From IMG/VR virus record IMGVR_UViG_3300017909_003056, positions 1-35,473 of that record: DNA of 35,473 bases. One strand, 5' to 3'. This DNA is from a virus (Duplodnaviria; Caudoviricetes). Positions 29,102-35,473 of this stretch are shown one piece after another. The notes below the pieces were generated by a model, which worked only from the letters and a program-made list of their open reading frames with translations, was not told the DNA's origin and made no database searches. Numbering within the stretch: position 1 is the first letter of the stretch; the number at the start of each line of letters is the position of its first letter. Made by a program: the position numbers and the translations under genes.

Positions 29102-29121
29102 TGCCAGTCTCGGAACTGGCA
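29102..29121. repeat. Inverted repeat between the tRNA 3' end and the promoter
   Basis: TGCCAGT-6 nt-ACTGGCA. Confidence 0.75.
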
Positions 29122-29122
29122 A

Positions 29123-29196
29123 TCGGAATGACAGGATTCGAACCTGCGGCATCTCGCTCCCAAAGCGAGTGCTCTACCAAACTGAGCTACATTCCG
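29123..29196 (-). tRNA. tRNA-Pro(TGG), CCA not encoded
   Basis: CGGAATG acceptor stem, CTCGC-TT-TGG-GA-GCGAG anticodon arm, GTTCGAATC T-loop. Confidence 0.96.
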
Positions 29197-29200
29197 ATGT

Positions 29201-29263
29201 GGTAGTTCATATCGCCGCTAACCCCGAACTACCAAGGGAGTTACCGCAGTTGAGTGTTCAACT
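29201..29263 (-). ncRNA. Candidate pseudoknotted RNA in the tRNA-Pro leader
   Basis: Interleaved stems CTGC..TAACTCC/GGGGTTA.GCGG and GGTAGTTC/GAACTACC, preceded by a GTTGA/TCAAC hairpin. Confidence 0.55.
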
Positions 29264-29268
29264 TGTTT

Positions 29269-29297
29269 AGTATAACACTATTTGTGGTGTTTGGCAA
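29269..29297 (-). promoter_or_regulatory. Promoter for the leader RNA and tRNA-Pro
   Basis: TTGCCA-17 nt-TATACT with an extended TG. Confidence 0.75.
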
Positions 29298-29436
29298 ATG
29301 GTTCCCAGTGTTCCCAACCATATTTGTGAATGAGATGCATACCGATAATCGGAACAAACACAAGAAAGAACCCCATGACGCCAAGGCACCAAGGGGTTTG
29401 CATAGTTGCTCTAACGAACAGTTGAACGTGGTGCAT
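29278..29436 (-). CDS. Small membrane protein (52 aa)
   Basis: TM helix and HKYGWEHWEPF tail; ATG at 29436 preferred over the longer ORF-track start. Confidence 0.75.
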   Translation of the reverse strand: MHHVQLFVRATMQTPWCLGVMGFFLVFVPIIGMHLIHKYGWEHWEPFAKHHK

Positions 29437-29557
29437 CTCTAAAATACTCTGGTATAGGACAACCTTTGAAACGATCAATCTCATCCTGTGCAAGGACAAA
29501 CATACACGCGAATCCAATGCAAAATGCTAATAGATACTCGTGTATTGTAGTTCTCAT
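29411..29557 (-). CDS. Small hypothetical protein (48 aa, not in ORF track)
   Basis: MRTTIHEYLLAFCIGFACMFVLAQDEIDRFKGCPIPEYFRDAPRSTVR; ATGA overlap with the zwf stop. Confidence 0.65.
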   Translation of the reverse strand: MRTTIHEYLLAFCIGFACMFVLAQDEIDRFKGCPIPEYFRDAPRSTVR

Positions 29558-30903
29558 GCTGGATAATCCCAATTAGTTATTCTTTCAGTTTTGTGAACTG
29601 GTCCCCACGTACCAGGATGATAGATGAAAGGAGCAGTACGTATGGGGCAAGAATCCCCAGTACAAAGTAAATCATCTACGATCCTCCATGACTCCATAAC
29701 CTCATCTGCGTGCACAAAACTAGACTGGTTACCGTTGATAGCATCTCTAAGAAGTTTTTCATAACCATCAATAGCCCTCTCCTGTGGATAGTCATGAGAT
29801 AAAGTGGCAAGTTCCAAGTCATCATTAAGTCCAGGAGACTTAATTTCCATACGAATATCAAGGTGAGGGTTGGGTTGTAAACGCATGACGATACGGTCAC
29901 CTACCTCACCCTCATACAACTTCAGTGATGGTTCTTTGAGTTTGATAACCACCTCTACACATCCATATGGCATACACTTACCCGTTAAGACGCGAAAAGG
30001 TACTCCTTGCCAACGCCAGTTGTCACAGAATAAAGTACCAGCAACAAAGGTAGGAGTGGAACTGCTAGGATCAACACCCTCTTCATGACGATATCCATCG
30101 TATTGTCCAAGAATTACATCAGTGCCAAGTCTAGTCGCGGCAAGGACTTTTGTCTTCTCCCGTCTGACTTCTTTTGCTGACATTCGACAAGGTGGTTCCA
30201 TGGCAATAAGAGAATATACTTGCAGAATATGGTTCTGAAGCATGTCTCTAACAGCACCAGCAGTCTCATAGTATTGAGCACGACCATCACAACCAAAAGT
30301 TTCGGTTGCATAGATCTGAATCTCATCTATGTACTGACGGTTCCAAAGTGGTTCAAGAAGAATATTGCTAAACCTTGTAGCAAGAATATTATTGACACTA
30401 TCTTTACCAAGATAATGATCAATGCGATAGACTTGTTTCTCGCGTAGATGCCGCTCCACCACAGACTGTAAACGATGAGCAGATTTATAATCGTGCCCAA
30501 AGGGTTTTTCAATAACAACACGCGAGAGTTCTGGGTTGTCGAGGAGTCCTGCTTCTTTGAGATTGATGATAGCATTCTCATATCGTTCTGGGGGTACGGA
30601 TAAGAAATAAGTTGAATCATCTGCATCTGGTAGATGATTCAATGACTCCAAATTATCCAGATCAGTGCTAATCCAATCTAGACGATGGAGAAAGTCCTCA
30701 GGATACTCTCCCAAAGATTCTACCCATATTTCTTTTGCGATTGCTCTACGAGATGTCCCTACAATCACAAGATTTCTTGGAAGTAAATCTTTCTGATGTA
30801 GTTTATACAGAGCAGGGATTAGTTTTTTCTTTGCCAGATCTCCAGTAGCACCGAAGATTACTATCTGGTAAGTAAGTATTTCAGTGTGCGGTTCCGTTTC
30901 CAT
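29554..30903 (-). CDS. zwf: Glucose-6-phosphate dehydrogenase (start at 30903 or 30921)
   Basis: IFGATGDLA, EKPFG, RIDHYLGK, RDMLQNH, RWQGVPF. Confidence 0.97.
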   Translation of the reverse strand: METEPHTEILTYQIVIFGATGDLAKKKLIPALYKLHQKDLLPRNLVIVGTSRRAIAKEIWVESLGEYPEDFLHRLDWISTDLDNLESLNHLPDADDSTYFLSVPPERYENAIINLKEAGLLDNPELSRVVIEKPFGHDYKSAHRLQSVVERHLREKQVYRIDHYLGKDSVNNILATRFSNILLEPLWNRQYIDEIQIYATETFGCDGRAQYYETAGAVRDMLQNHILQVYSLIAMEPPCRMSAKEVRREKTKVLAATRLGTDVILGQYDGYRHEEGVDPSSSTPTFVAGTLFCDNWRWQGVPFRVLTGKCMPYGCVEVVIKLKEPSLKLYEGEVGDRIVMRLQPNPHLDIRMEIKSPGLNDDLELATLSHDYPQERAIDGYEKLLRDAINGNQSSFVHADEVMESWRIVDDLLCTGDSCPIRTAPFIYHPGTWGPVHKTERITNWDYPA

Positions 30904-31009
30904 CGTATTTGTCTGTTTCATAGTAGTTATTTTCACCTTTTCGTATCCCGAAATATACCGTGGCCAGTACAAACGGTATTGCAATCCACTTGAGAAATTC
31001 ACCGAACAT
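30881..31009 (-). CDS. ndhP: NDH-1 small subunit NdhP homolog (42 aa, not in ORF track)
   Basis: MFGEFLKWIAIPFVLATVYFGIRKGENNYYETDKYDGNGTAH: one TM helix plus the NdhP-type YxxDxYxGNGxAH C-terminus; GGAGG RBS. Confidence 0.88.
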   Translation of the reverse strand: MFGEFLKWIAIPFVLATVYFGIRKGENNYYETDKYDGNGTAH

Positions 31010-32018
31010 TGTGTCCTCCGAACATGTACCGCATTCCATTTAAGATCTTGTTTCCAAACTCTCCAAGTCGCCTTGAGTTGAACCTCTCAAATAGGGCAGC
31101 AGATATAACAGGTGTGGGTACACCAAGATCCACAGCAGCGTGGAGAGTCCAACGACCCTCACCAGAGTCTGATACTCCTCCATCGAACTTGCTAAGGTCA
31201 TGATCATGTCGTAATACATCAGCGGTAAGATCAAGCAACCAACTGCCAACCACACTACCACGACGCCAAAGCTCAGCCACTTCAACAACATCAATATCAT
31301 ATTGATAGTCTGCCGGATTTTCCATCGGAGCAACCTCAGCATCCCCCTCCTTAACATATTTGGAACCAAGGTCACCATGATGGAGAATATTAAACCCTTC
31401 GGCATACGCCTGCATGATGCCATATTCTACTCCGTTGTGGACCATCTTTACGAAATGACCTGCGCCAGGTCCACCACAGTGCAACCAACCATACTCAGCA
31501 GATGTTGCGCTTGAGTAAGGGTCTGTGCGGGTTGCAGCACCAATCCCTGGTGCGAGTGCCCTGAAGATAGGAGCGCAGACGGATACTGCAGTATCTGAAC
31601 CGCCAACCATAAGACAGTATCCACGCTCCAGACCATAAACTCCACCACTAGTACCGCAGTCAAGATATTGGATGCCCATCTTAGCCAACCTTTCTGCTCT
31701 CCTGCGAGAATCCTTAAAGTTGCTATTGCCATGATCAATAATAATATCCCCGTCGCTAAGAAATGGTAGTAACTCATTCAGTGTGTCCTCTACTAATTCT
31801 GCGGGAATGACAAGTTGAAAAATACCAGGACCTTTCTCCTTTACTACTTGAACAAGGCTTTCCAAATTAGTGGCAACTCCACTAACATGACCTGCTTCAA
31901 ACGCTTCTTGAGCTTTTGCATAGTTCCTCCTGTAACCCCAGACTTCTATGTCTGATTTCATCATACGACGAGACATACCCTCGCCCATACGACCAAGACC
32001 AATTAATCCTACTCTCAT
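30999..32018 (-). CDS. gnd: 6-phosphogluconate dehydrogenase (short type)
   Basis: GLGRMG, DHGNS, SGGVYG, GAGHFVKMVHNGVEYG, FGGH. Confidence 0.97.
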   Translation of the reverse strand: MRVGLIGLGRMGEGMSRRMMKSDIEVWGYRRNYAKAQEAFEAGHVSGVATNLESLVQVVKEKGPGIFQLVIPAELVEDTLNELLPFLSDGDIIIDHGNSNFKDSRRRAERLAKMGIQYLDCGTSGGVYGLERGYCLMVGGSDTAVSVCAPIFRALAPGIGAATRTDPYSSATSAEYGWLHCGGPGAGHFVKMVHNGVEYGIMQAYAEGFNILHHGDLGSKYVKEGDAEVAPMENPADYQYDIDVVEVAELWRRGSVVGSWLLDLTADVLRHDHDLSKFDGGVSDSGEGRWTLHAAVDLGVPTPVISAALFERFNSRRLGEFGNKILNGMRYMFGGHNVR

Positions 32019-32020
32019 TT

Positions 32021-32617
32021 TTACTCCGATGATACTAATGTTACTGAACTTAAATCACTTACATCCGGCGGAAATGAATCGCGATCTTTTTCTCTTACTG
32101 TTAAATGATCAGGATCAATAATCCTCATCGCCTCATATAATTCTTGTGCGTGATGCAATTCATCATTCATCACACTGCATATATCTATGTCAGTTTCATC
32201 AACCTCCGCCAGATATTTCATGTATGTCTCCATGGCATGAATTTCTATTTCGTAGGAGAGATGGTAAGCAGCGCGAGGAGATACCCAATAATAAACCACG
32301 TTGATCCAATAATAGATAAGTACGAGGTGTCTGGCAAAAAAGCGATCAATCCAATAAGCATTACCGCCCCTAGATTCCATGATTTCCAGATGTTCTGTTT
32401 CATTTACCGATTGCTCAAAGTGTTGTTTCATCAAGTAAATGTGCCACTGACCACGCAAACCTAGCGATTCACGCAAGTGAAGCACACTTAAAAAAGCAAA
32501 GTATGGTGCTCGTGCTATCTCCTCAAGAACCCAGAATCTCTGAAAGTGACGACCTTGATACAGGTAGTCTAAGATAGCAACTGTGATGTTTAATGTGATT
32601 GTGTTAATTTTTCTCAT
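32021..32617 (-). CDS. ptox: Plastoquinol terminal oxidase (PTOX)
   Basis: RFWVLEEIARAPYF, NETEHL, EIEIHA..TY, NDELHH di-iron motifs. Confidence 0.94.
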   Translation of the reverse strand: MRKINTITLNITVAILDYLYQGRHFQRFWVLEEIARAPYFAFLSVLHLRESLGLRGQWHIYLMKQHFEQSVNETEHLEIMESRGGNAYWIDRFFARHLVLIYYWINVVYYWVSPRAAYHLSYEIEIHAMETYMKYLAEVDETDIDICSVMNDELHHAQELYEAMRIIDPDHLTVREKDRDSFPPDVSDLSSVTLVSSE

Positions 32618-32726
32618 CATCATCCTCATATAAAGGACATGGTTCTTCAAATAGATGTTCCATTCTAAGTTGTTTGATGCGCTCTCGGAGTCCTTTGTAG
32701 AACTCTCTTTTTTCGTCGGCGTTCAT
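32604..32726 (-). CDS. Small hypothetical protein (40 aa, not in ORF track)
   Basis: MNADEKREFYKGLRERIKQLRMEHLFEEPCPLYEDDDEKN; ATGA overlap with the upstream gene. Confidence 0.7.
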   Translation of the reverse strand: MNADEKREFYKGLRERIKQLRMEHLFEEPCPLYEDDDEKN

Positions 32727-32905
32727 TTAGTCTTTAATAGATCTTCTACTTGCTTGCGAGTTTTAGTCATCTTCTGTTTTTCACGGTCAGTATGTTTATA
32801 TCCATATTTACCATGAAATATAAAATGACCTTGAATAATCATGGTTATTCCAAAAAGGAATAACATAACAACTCCCAACCAATCTATAAATGTGGATGAA
32901 GCCAT
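32723..32905 (-). CDS. Small membrane protein
   Basis: 60 aa, TM helix and basic tail. Confidence 0.72.
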   Translation of the reverse strand: MASSTFIDWLGVVMLFLFGITMIIQGHFIFHGKYGYKHTDREKQKMTKTRKQVEDLLKTK

Positions 32906-33099
32906 GGCACTACTGGTGGAATGACACCAATAAGTCTTAGAAGACCCTCACTAAACAATCCAAGAACAAAAAAACCAACGAACATGCTGATAATTCCAGC
33001 ATTACGATTGTGCTTTCTTATTGCATCATCAATCATCTCCTGACACTCTTCACGAGTGACATAATGTGCTGGTTTTATTTCATCCATCCTGTGAGACAT
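32884..33099 (-). CDS. Small membrane protein
   Basis: EECQEMIDDAIRKHNRNA followed by a TM helix. Confidence 0.78.
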   Translation of the reverse strand: MSHRMDEIKPAHYVTREECQEMIDDAIRKHNRNAGIISMFVGFFVLGLFSEGLLRLIGVIPPVVPWLHPHL

Positions 33100-33235
33100 T
33101 AGGTAAATTGTCCATCGGGTCAGGTCCTCCCGATACTATAGCACAAGCACGTTTGTAATAGAAATTTTCAGTATTTCCTGACTCTTCAAGAGATTCCTTT
33201 ATTTTCACCCAATTAGATAATTCGTCGGGGTGCAT
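33080..33235 (-). CDS. Small hypothetical protein (51 aa, not in ORF track)
   Basis: MHPDELSNWVKIKESLEESGNTENFYYKRACAIVSGGPDPMDNLPNVSQDG. Confidence 0.72.
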   Translation of the reverse strand: MHPDELSNWVKIKESLEESGNTENFYYKRACAIVSGGPDPMDNLPNVSQDG

Positions 33236-33331
33236 GGTTTTATTTTGAAATACACTATAGCTATAATAGTTAATTCCTAAAAAATTGCCACAATATGTTC
33301 ATCCCATAACATATATTAAGAAAATATGTAA

Positions 33332-33586
33332 TTATCGCACCTCAAAATCTAATTTTCTTACTTTTCTCTTTCTTCTTGACTCTTGCCACTGAACATCCTC
33401 TGAAGAAAGAACATTCTCCTTCTTGCTAGTATAAGAGTTAAGCATAACAACCTGACTTAAGTCAACCGCAGATATCTTATCTCCACGAATAGTTGTCATA
33501 TTTGAGCATCCACAAGAAACGCTCCTACTTGGGTGTCCTACTAACTCCTTACCACAGGAGCGGCACCTTACCTTTATACTGTCCAT
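33332..33586 (-). CDS. Zn-ribbon-like hypothetical protein
   Basis: CRSC...CGC; late promoter ATAAATA at 33619-33625. Confidence 0.78.
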   Translation of the reverse strand: MDSIKVRCRSCGKELVGHPSRSVSCGCSNMTTIRGDKISAVDLSQVVMLNSYTSKKENVLSSEDVQWQESRRKRKVRKLDFEVR

Positions 33587-33624
33587 TGTATGACGAAATA
33601 TACGTCTTCATTTCCAGTTATTTA

Positions 33625-33939
33625 TCATCCCCAAGGAAAGTTTACAATTTTAACATTATCACTACCATTAATATATTCATCTACTTTGGATTGAACTTCA
33701 GGTTTCACTAAACTCATCCAACTCTGAACATTATCTTCAGTTAAACTATCATACGCGATTGGACTTGTAAGATTTTCGGTAGAGAGTTCTACTAATCCAT
33801 GATAAGCATATCTATCTGTTCGAATACCAGAAGTATTAATACCAGTGCAAGTGTATCCAACTTCATAAACAATGTTGCTGTGTTCACCTAAAGATGAATA
33901 CTTCTTAAGATATTCAATTCTCCAATCAAAGTGAGTCAT
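33625..33939 (-). CDS. Hypothetical phage protein (late-expressed, possibly tail-associated)
   Basis: 104 aa ending in PW; tandem ATAAATA boxes at 33949-33959. Confidence 0.72.
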   Translation of the reverse strand: MTHFDWRIEYLKKYSSLGEHSNIVYEVGYTCTGINTSGIRTDRYAYHGLVELSTENLTSPIAYDSLTEDNVQSWMSLVKPEVQSKVDEYINGSDNVKIVNFPWG

Positions 33940-33958
33940 TTTTTTTTCTATTTATTTA

Positions 33959-34030
33959 TGGGCGATGAGGGATTCGAACCCCCGACCTACTCCGTGTAAA
34001 GGAGCCACTCTACCGCTGAGTTAATCGCCC
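33959..34030 (-). tRNA. tRNA-Val(TAC), CCA not encoded
   Basis: GGGCGAT/ATCGCCC acceptor stem, anticodon loop TT-TAC-AC, GTTCGAATC. Confidence 0.96.
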
Positions 34031-34206
34031 TCACTTTTACATTCTAACATATACTCTACAGTATTGGCAACATCTTCCATCGCATCACGTAACATTGGTT
34101 GTTGCCCAGAATGCTGTTCAGTTTTAGTGACACCGTTCTTCCACTCCTCTACAAGTGTCCAGCGCCACTGCTTCATACTCTTTGAATACCAAAGATTAAT
34201 TTTCAT
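34021..34206 (-). CDS. Hypothetical cyanophage protein
   Basis: MKINLWYSKSMKQWRWTL...; stop codon lies inside tRNA-Val. Confidence 0.75.
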   Translation of the reverse strand: MKINLWYSKSMKQWRWTLVEEWKNGVTKTEQHSGQQPMLRDAMEDVANTVEYMLECKSEGD

Positions 34207-34414
34207 CAGGTAATCGAGATTCCAACGTATCTAGTCTAACTTGTATCCTGGCAATTTCACGGGTTAACTGCATATGCTCACTCTCCATATCTTCTAGACG
34301 ATACTGAAGACGTTCTACAAGATCGTAAATAGTTTTACACTCGGAAATGTTTTGTTCTCCTCTATCACTGTCCTGATAGAACCAGTCCAACATCTTCTGT
34401 ACTTTCTTCTTCAT
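34196..34414 (-). CDS. Hypothetical coiled-coil protein
   Basis: 72 aa with a heptad pattern. Confidence 0.68.
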   Translation of the reverse strand: MKKKVQKMLDWFYQDSDRGEQNISECKTIYDLVERLQYRLEDMESEHMQLTREIARIQVRLDTLESRLPDEN

Positions 34415-34589
34415 TGTAGAAATCCCTTAATGCTTGATCTAAGGCATCTTCAGGGTCGGTCATTGTCTGCCTCATGTGATATTCTTTCACATTGTCCAAT
34501 GCCTTCTGGAATAAATCCATACCCTTGTCCTGTGCATATACTGGTGATGTAAACAGGAAAATAAAAATTAAGAATAGTTTTTTCACCAT
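34365..34589 (-). CDS. Hypothetical protein with signal peptide
   Basis: MVKKLFLIFIFLFTSPVYA. Confidence 0.65.
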   Translation of the reverse strand: MVKKLFLIFIFLFTSPVYAQDKGMDLFQKALDNVKEYHMRQTMTDPEDALDQALRDFYNEEESTEDVGLVLSGQ

Positions 34590-34774
34590 TCATCATCTCC
34601 AAATTTTAGACTTTCTTGGTATTCTGCATTGTTTTTACAATATCCATGAACATCTATCTCCATTTTTTGATGAGCATAAATGTGTATAGATTCAATTGTA
34701 ATAAGAACTCCCAGAAGGGCTGCTGGTAGCAACCACAACTGGGATGAAGCAATTTCCAACCACTTATTTTTCAT
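34583..34774 (-). CDS. Small membrane protein
   Basis: TM helix then HIYAH...DVHGYC. Confidence 0.7.
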   Translation of the reverse strand: MKNKWLEIASSQLWLLPAALLGVLITIESIHIYAHQKMEIDVHGYCKNNAEYQESLKFGDDEW

Positions 34775-34913
34775 GACAGTAAAGTTGTCCACTCATTGGA
34801 TTTGGTGTGCAAATAAACTTTGCTTTTTGATTTAGCATACCTATCATAACAAATAACTGGGCAATCACAACCAATGCTAGGGCATTCTTGCCCAGATATT
34901 TGTTGAGTTTCAT
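34764..34913 (-). CDS. Small membrane protein (49 aa, not in ORF track)
   Basis: MKLNKYLGKNALALVVIAQLFVMIGMLNQKAKFICTPNPMSGQLYCHEK; TAATG coupling. Confidence 0.65.
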   Translation of the reverse strand: MKLNKYLGKNALALVVIAQLFVMIGMLNQKAKFICTPNPMSGQLYCHEK

Positions 34914-35473
34914 TAGAACTTGAAGATACTGAGACTATTTACCGCATCCTTTTCATTGGATGTAATAAAGAGTCCTTCTTCTTCAAGAGCAAGGAGTCCT
35001 TCAGGTGCTTTACCTGTAGGGAGGATTTGCAGCATCTTAGGAGCAGAAAGGTCAGTGATGTCATAAACACCAACAGCGTTTGCTCTCTCAGCACCTACGA
35101 ACAGCATACGAGTGCCACCATAGGTTCCAACCGTGACGGATTCCGGTTCAACACCTTTCTTCTCAGCACGCTTGTCGTTCCAGTAACCTGCCTTTGCGAG
35201 AGTATTCTCAAAGGTATTTCCTGAATCGTATACTATTGTACCATCCTTATGGAAGATTGTAAACCCTCTAGATCCACCACGCTTGTGCTCTCCACGACGC
35301 TTCAGTTTATAGTCACCCTCATTGGCAGTAACGAAGTGATCTGAATCAATCCAAGCAACAGCATCGGGCTCACGACGAACACCCTGACGAGAACCGACAG
35401 GCATATAGTAACCATCTTTTGTGTCGTCGATGTCATAGAGGTCTACGGTGCCAGCAGAGAAATCGGAGATGAC
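34913..35473 (-). CDS. Alkaline phosphatase / phytase-like beta-propeller protein (choice-of-anchor I type), 5' end outside the window
   Basis: Frame open to the window edge; EPDAV, TANEGD, GGSRGFTIF, KGVEPE, FVGAER, APEGL. Confidence 0.8.
   Translation of the reverse strand, partial: VISDFSAGTVDLYDIDDTKDGYYMPVGSRQGVRREPDAVAWIDSDHFVTANEGDYKLKRRGEHKRGGSRGFTIFHKDGTIVYDSGNTFENTLAKAGYWNDKRAEKKGVEPESVTVGTYGGTRMLFVGAERANAVGVYDITDLSAPKMLQILPTGKAPEGLLALEEEGLFITSNEKDAVNSLSIFKF

Noticed and set aside
29201-29263. Assignment of the tRNA leader to a known ribozyme or riboswitch (theta/HDV, twister, SAM-II/V, glnA)
   Set aside because: I could not match conserved cores by eye, and theta ribozymes lie 3' of tRNAs; left as an unassigned candidate
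30904-31002. N-terminal extension of Zwf from GTG 31002
   Set aside because: The region encodes NdhP in another frame; G6PD homology begins only after 30903

Overview
Segment of a marine T4-like cyanomyovirus (Synechococcus/Prochlorococcus phage type), with essentially all genes on the minus strand. Read in the direction of transcription (right to left) it contains: (1) a partial alkaline-phosphatase/phytase-like gene, small membrane proteins and tRNA-Val(TAC); (2) a redox block ptox-gnd-ndhP-zwf, where ndhP is a 42-aa gene absent from the ORF track; (3) a promoter driving an apparently pseudoknotted leader RNA and tRNA-Pro(TGG); (4) a structured manA/wcaG-type RNA followed by a terminator with an overlapping promoter; (5) a tightly coupled ~17.6 kb, 20-gene glycan biosynthesis island with rfbB-like, gmd, fcl, GT11, GT6, GT4, GT25, an HtrL-like GT, a kinase, an NTP-transferase-HAD fusion, methyltransferases, a radical SAM enzyme and a carbamoyltransferase; (6) photosynthesis auxiliary genes (two hli, psbA with a PhotoRC-II-type leader, psbD, petE) plus talC and a 2OG-Fe(II) oxygenase; (7) an HNH nuclease and a >1296-aa collagen-repeat tail fibre that runs off the left edge. 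All family assignments come from motif recognition by eye; no database searches were run.
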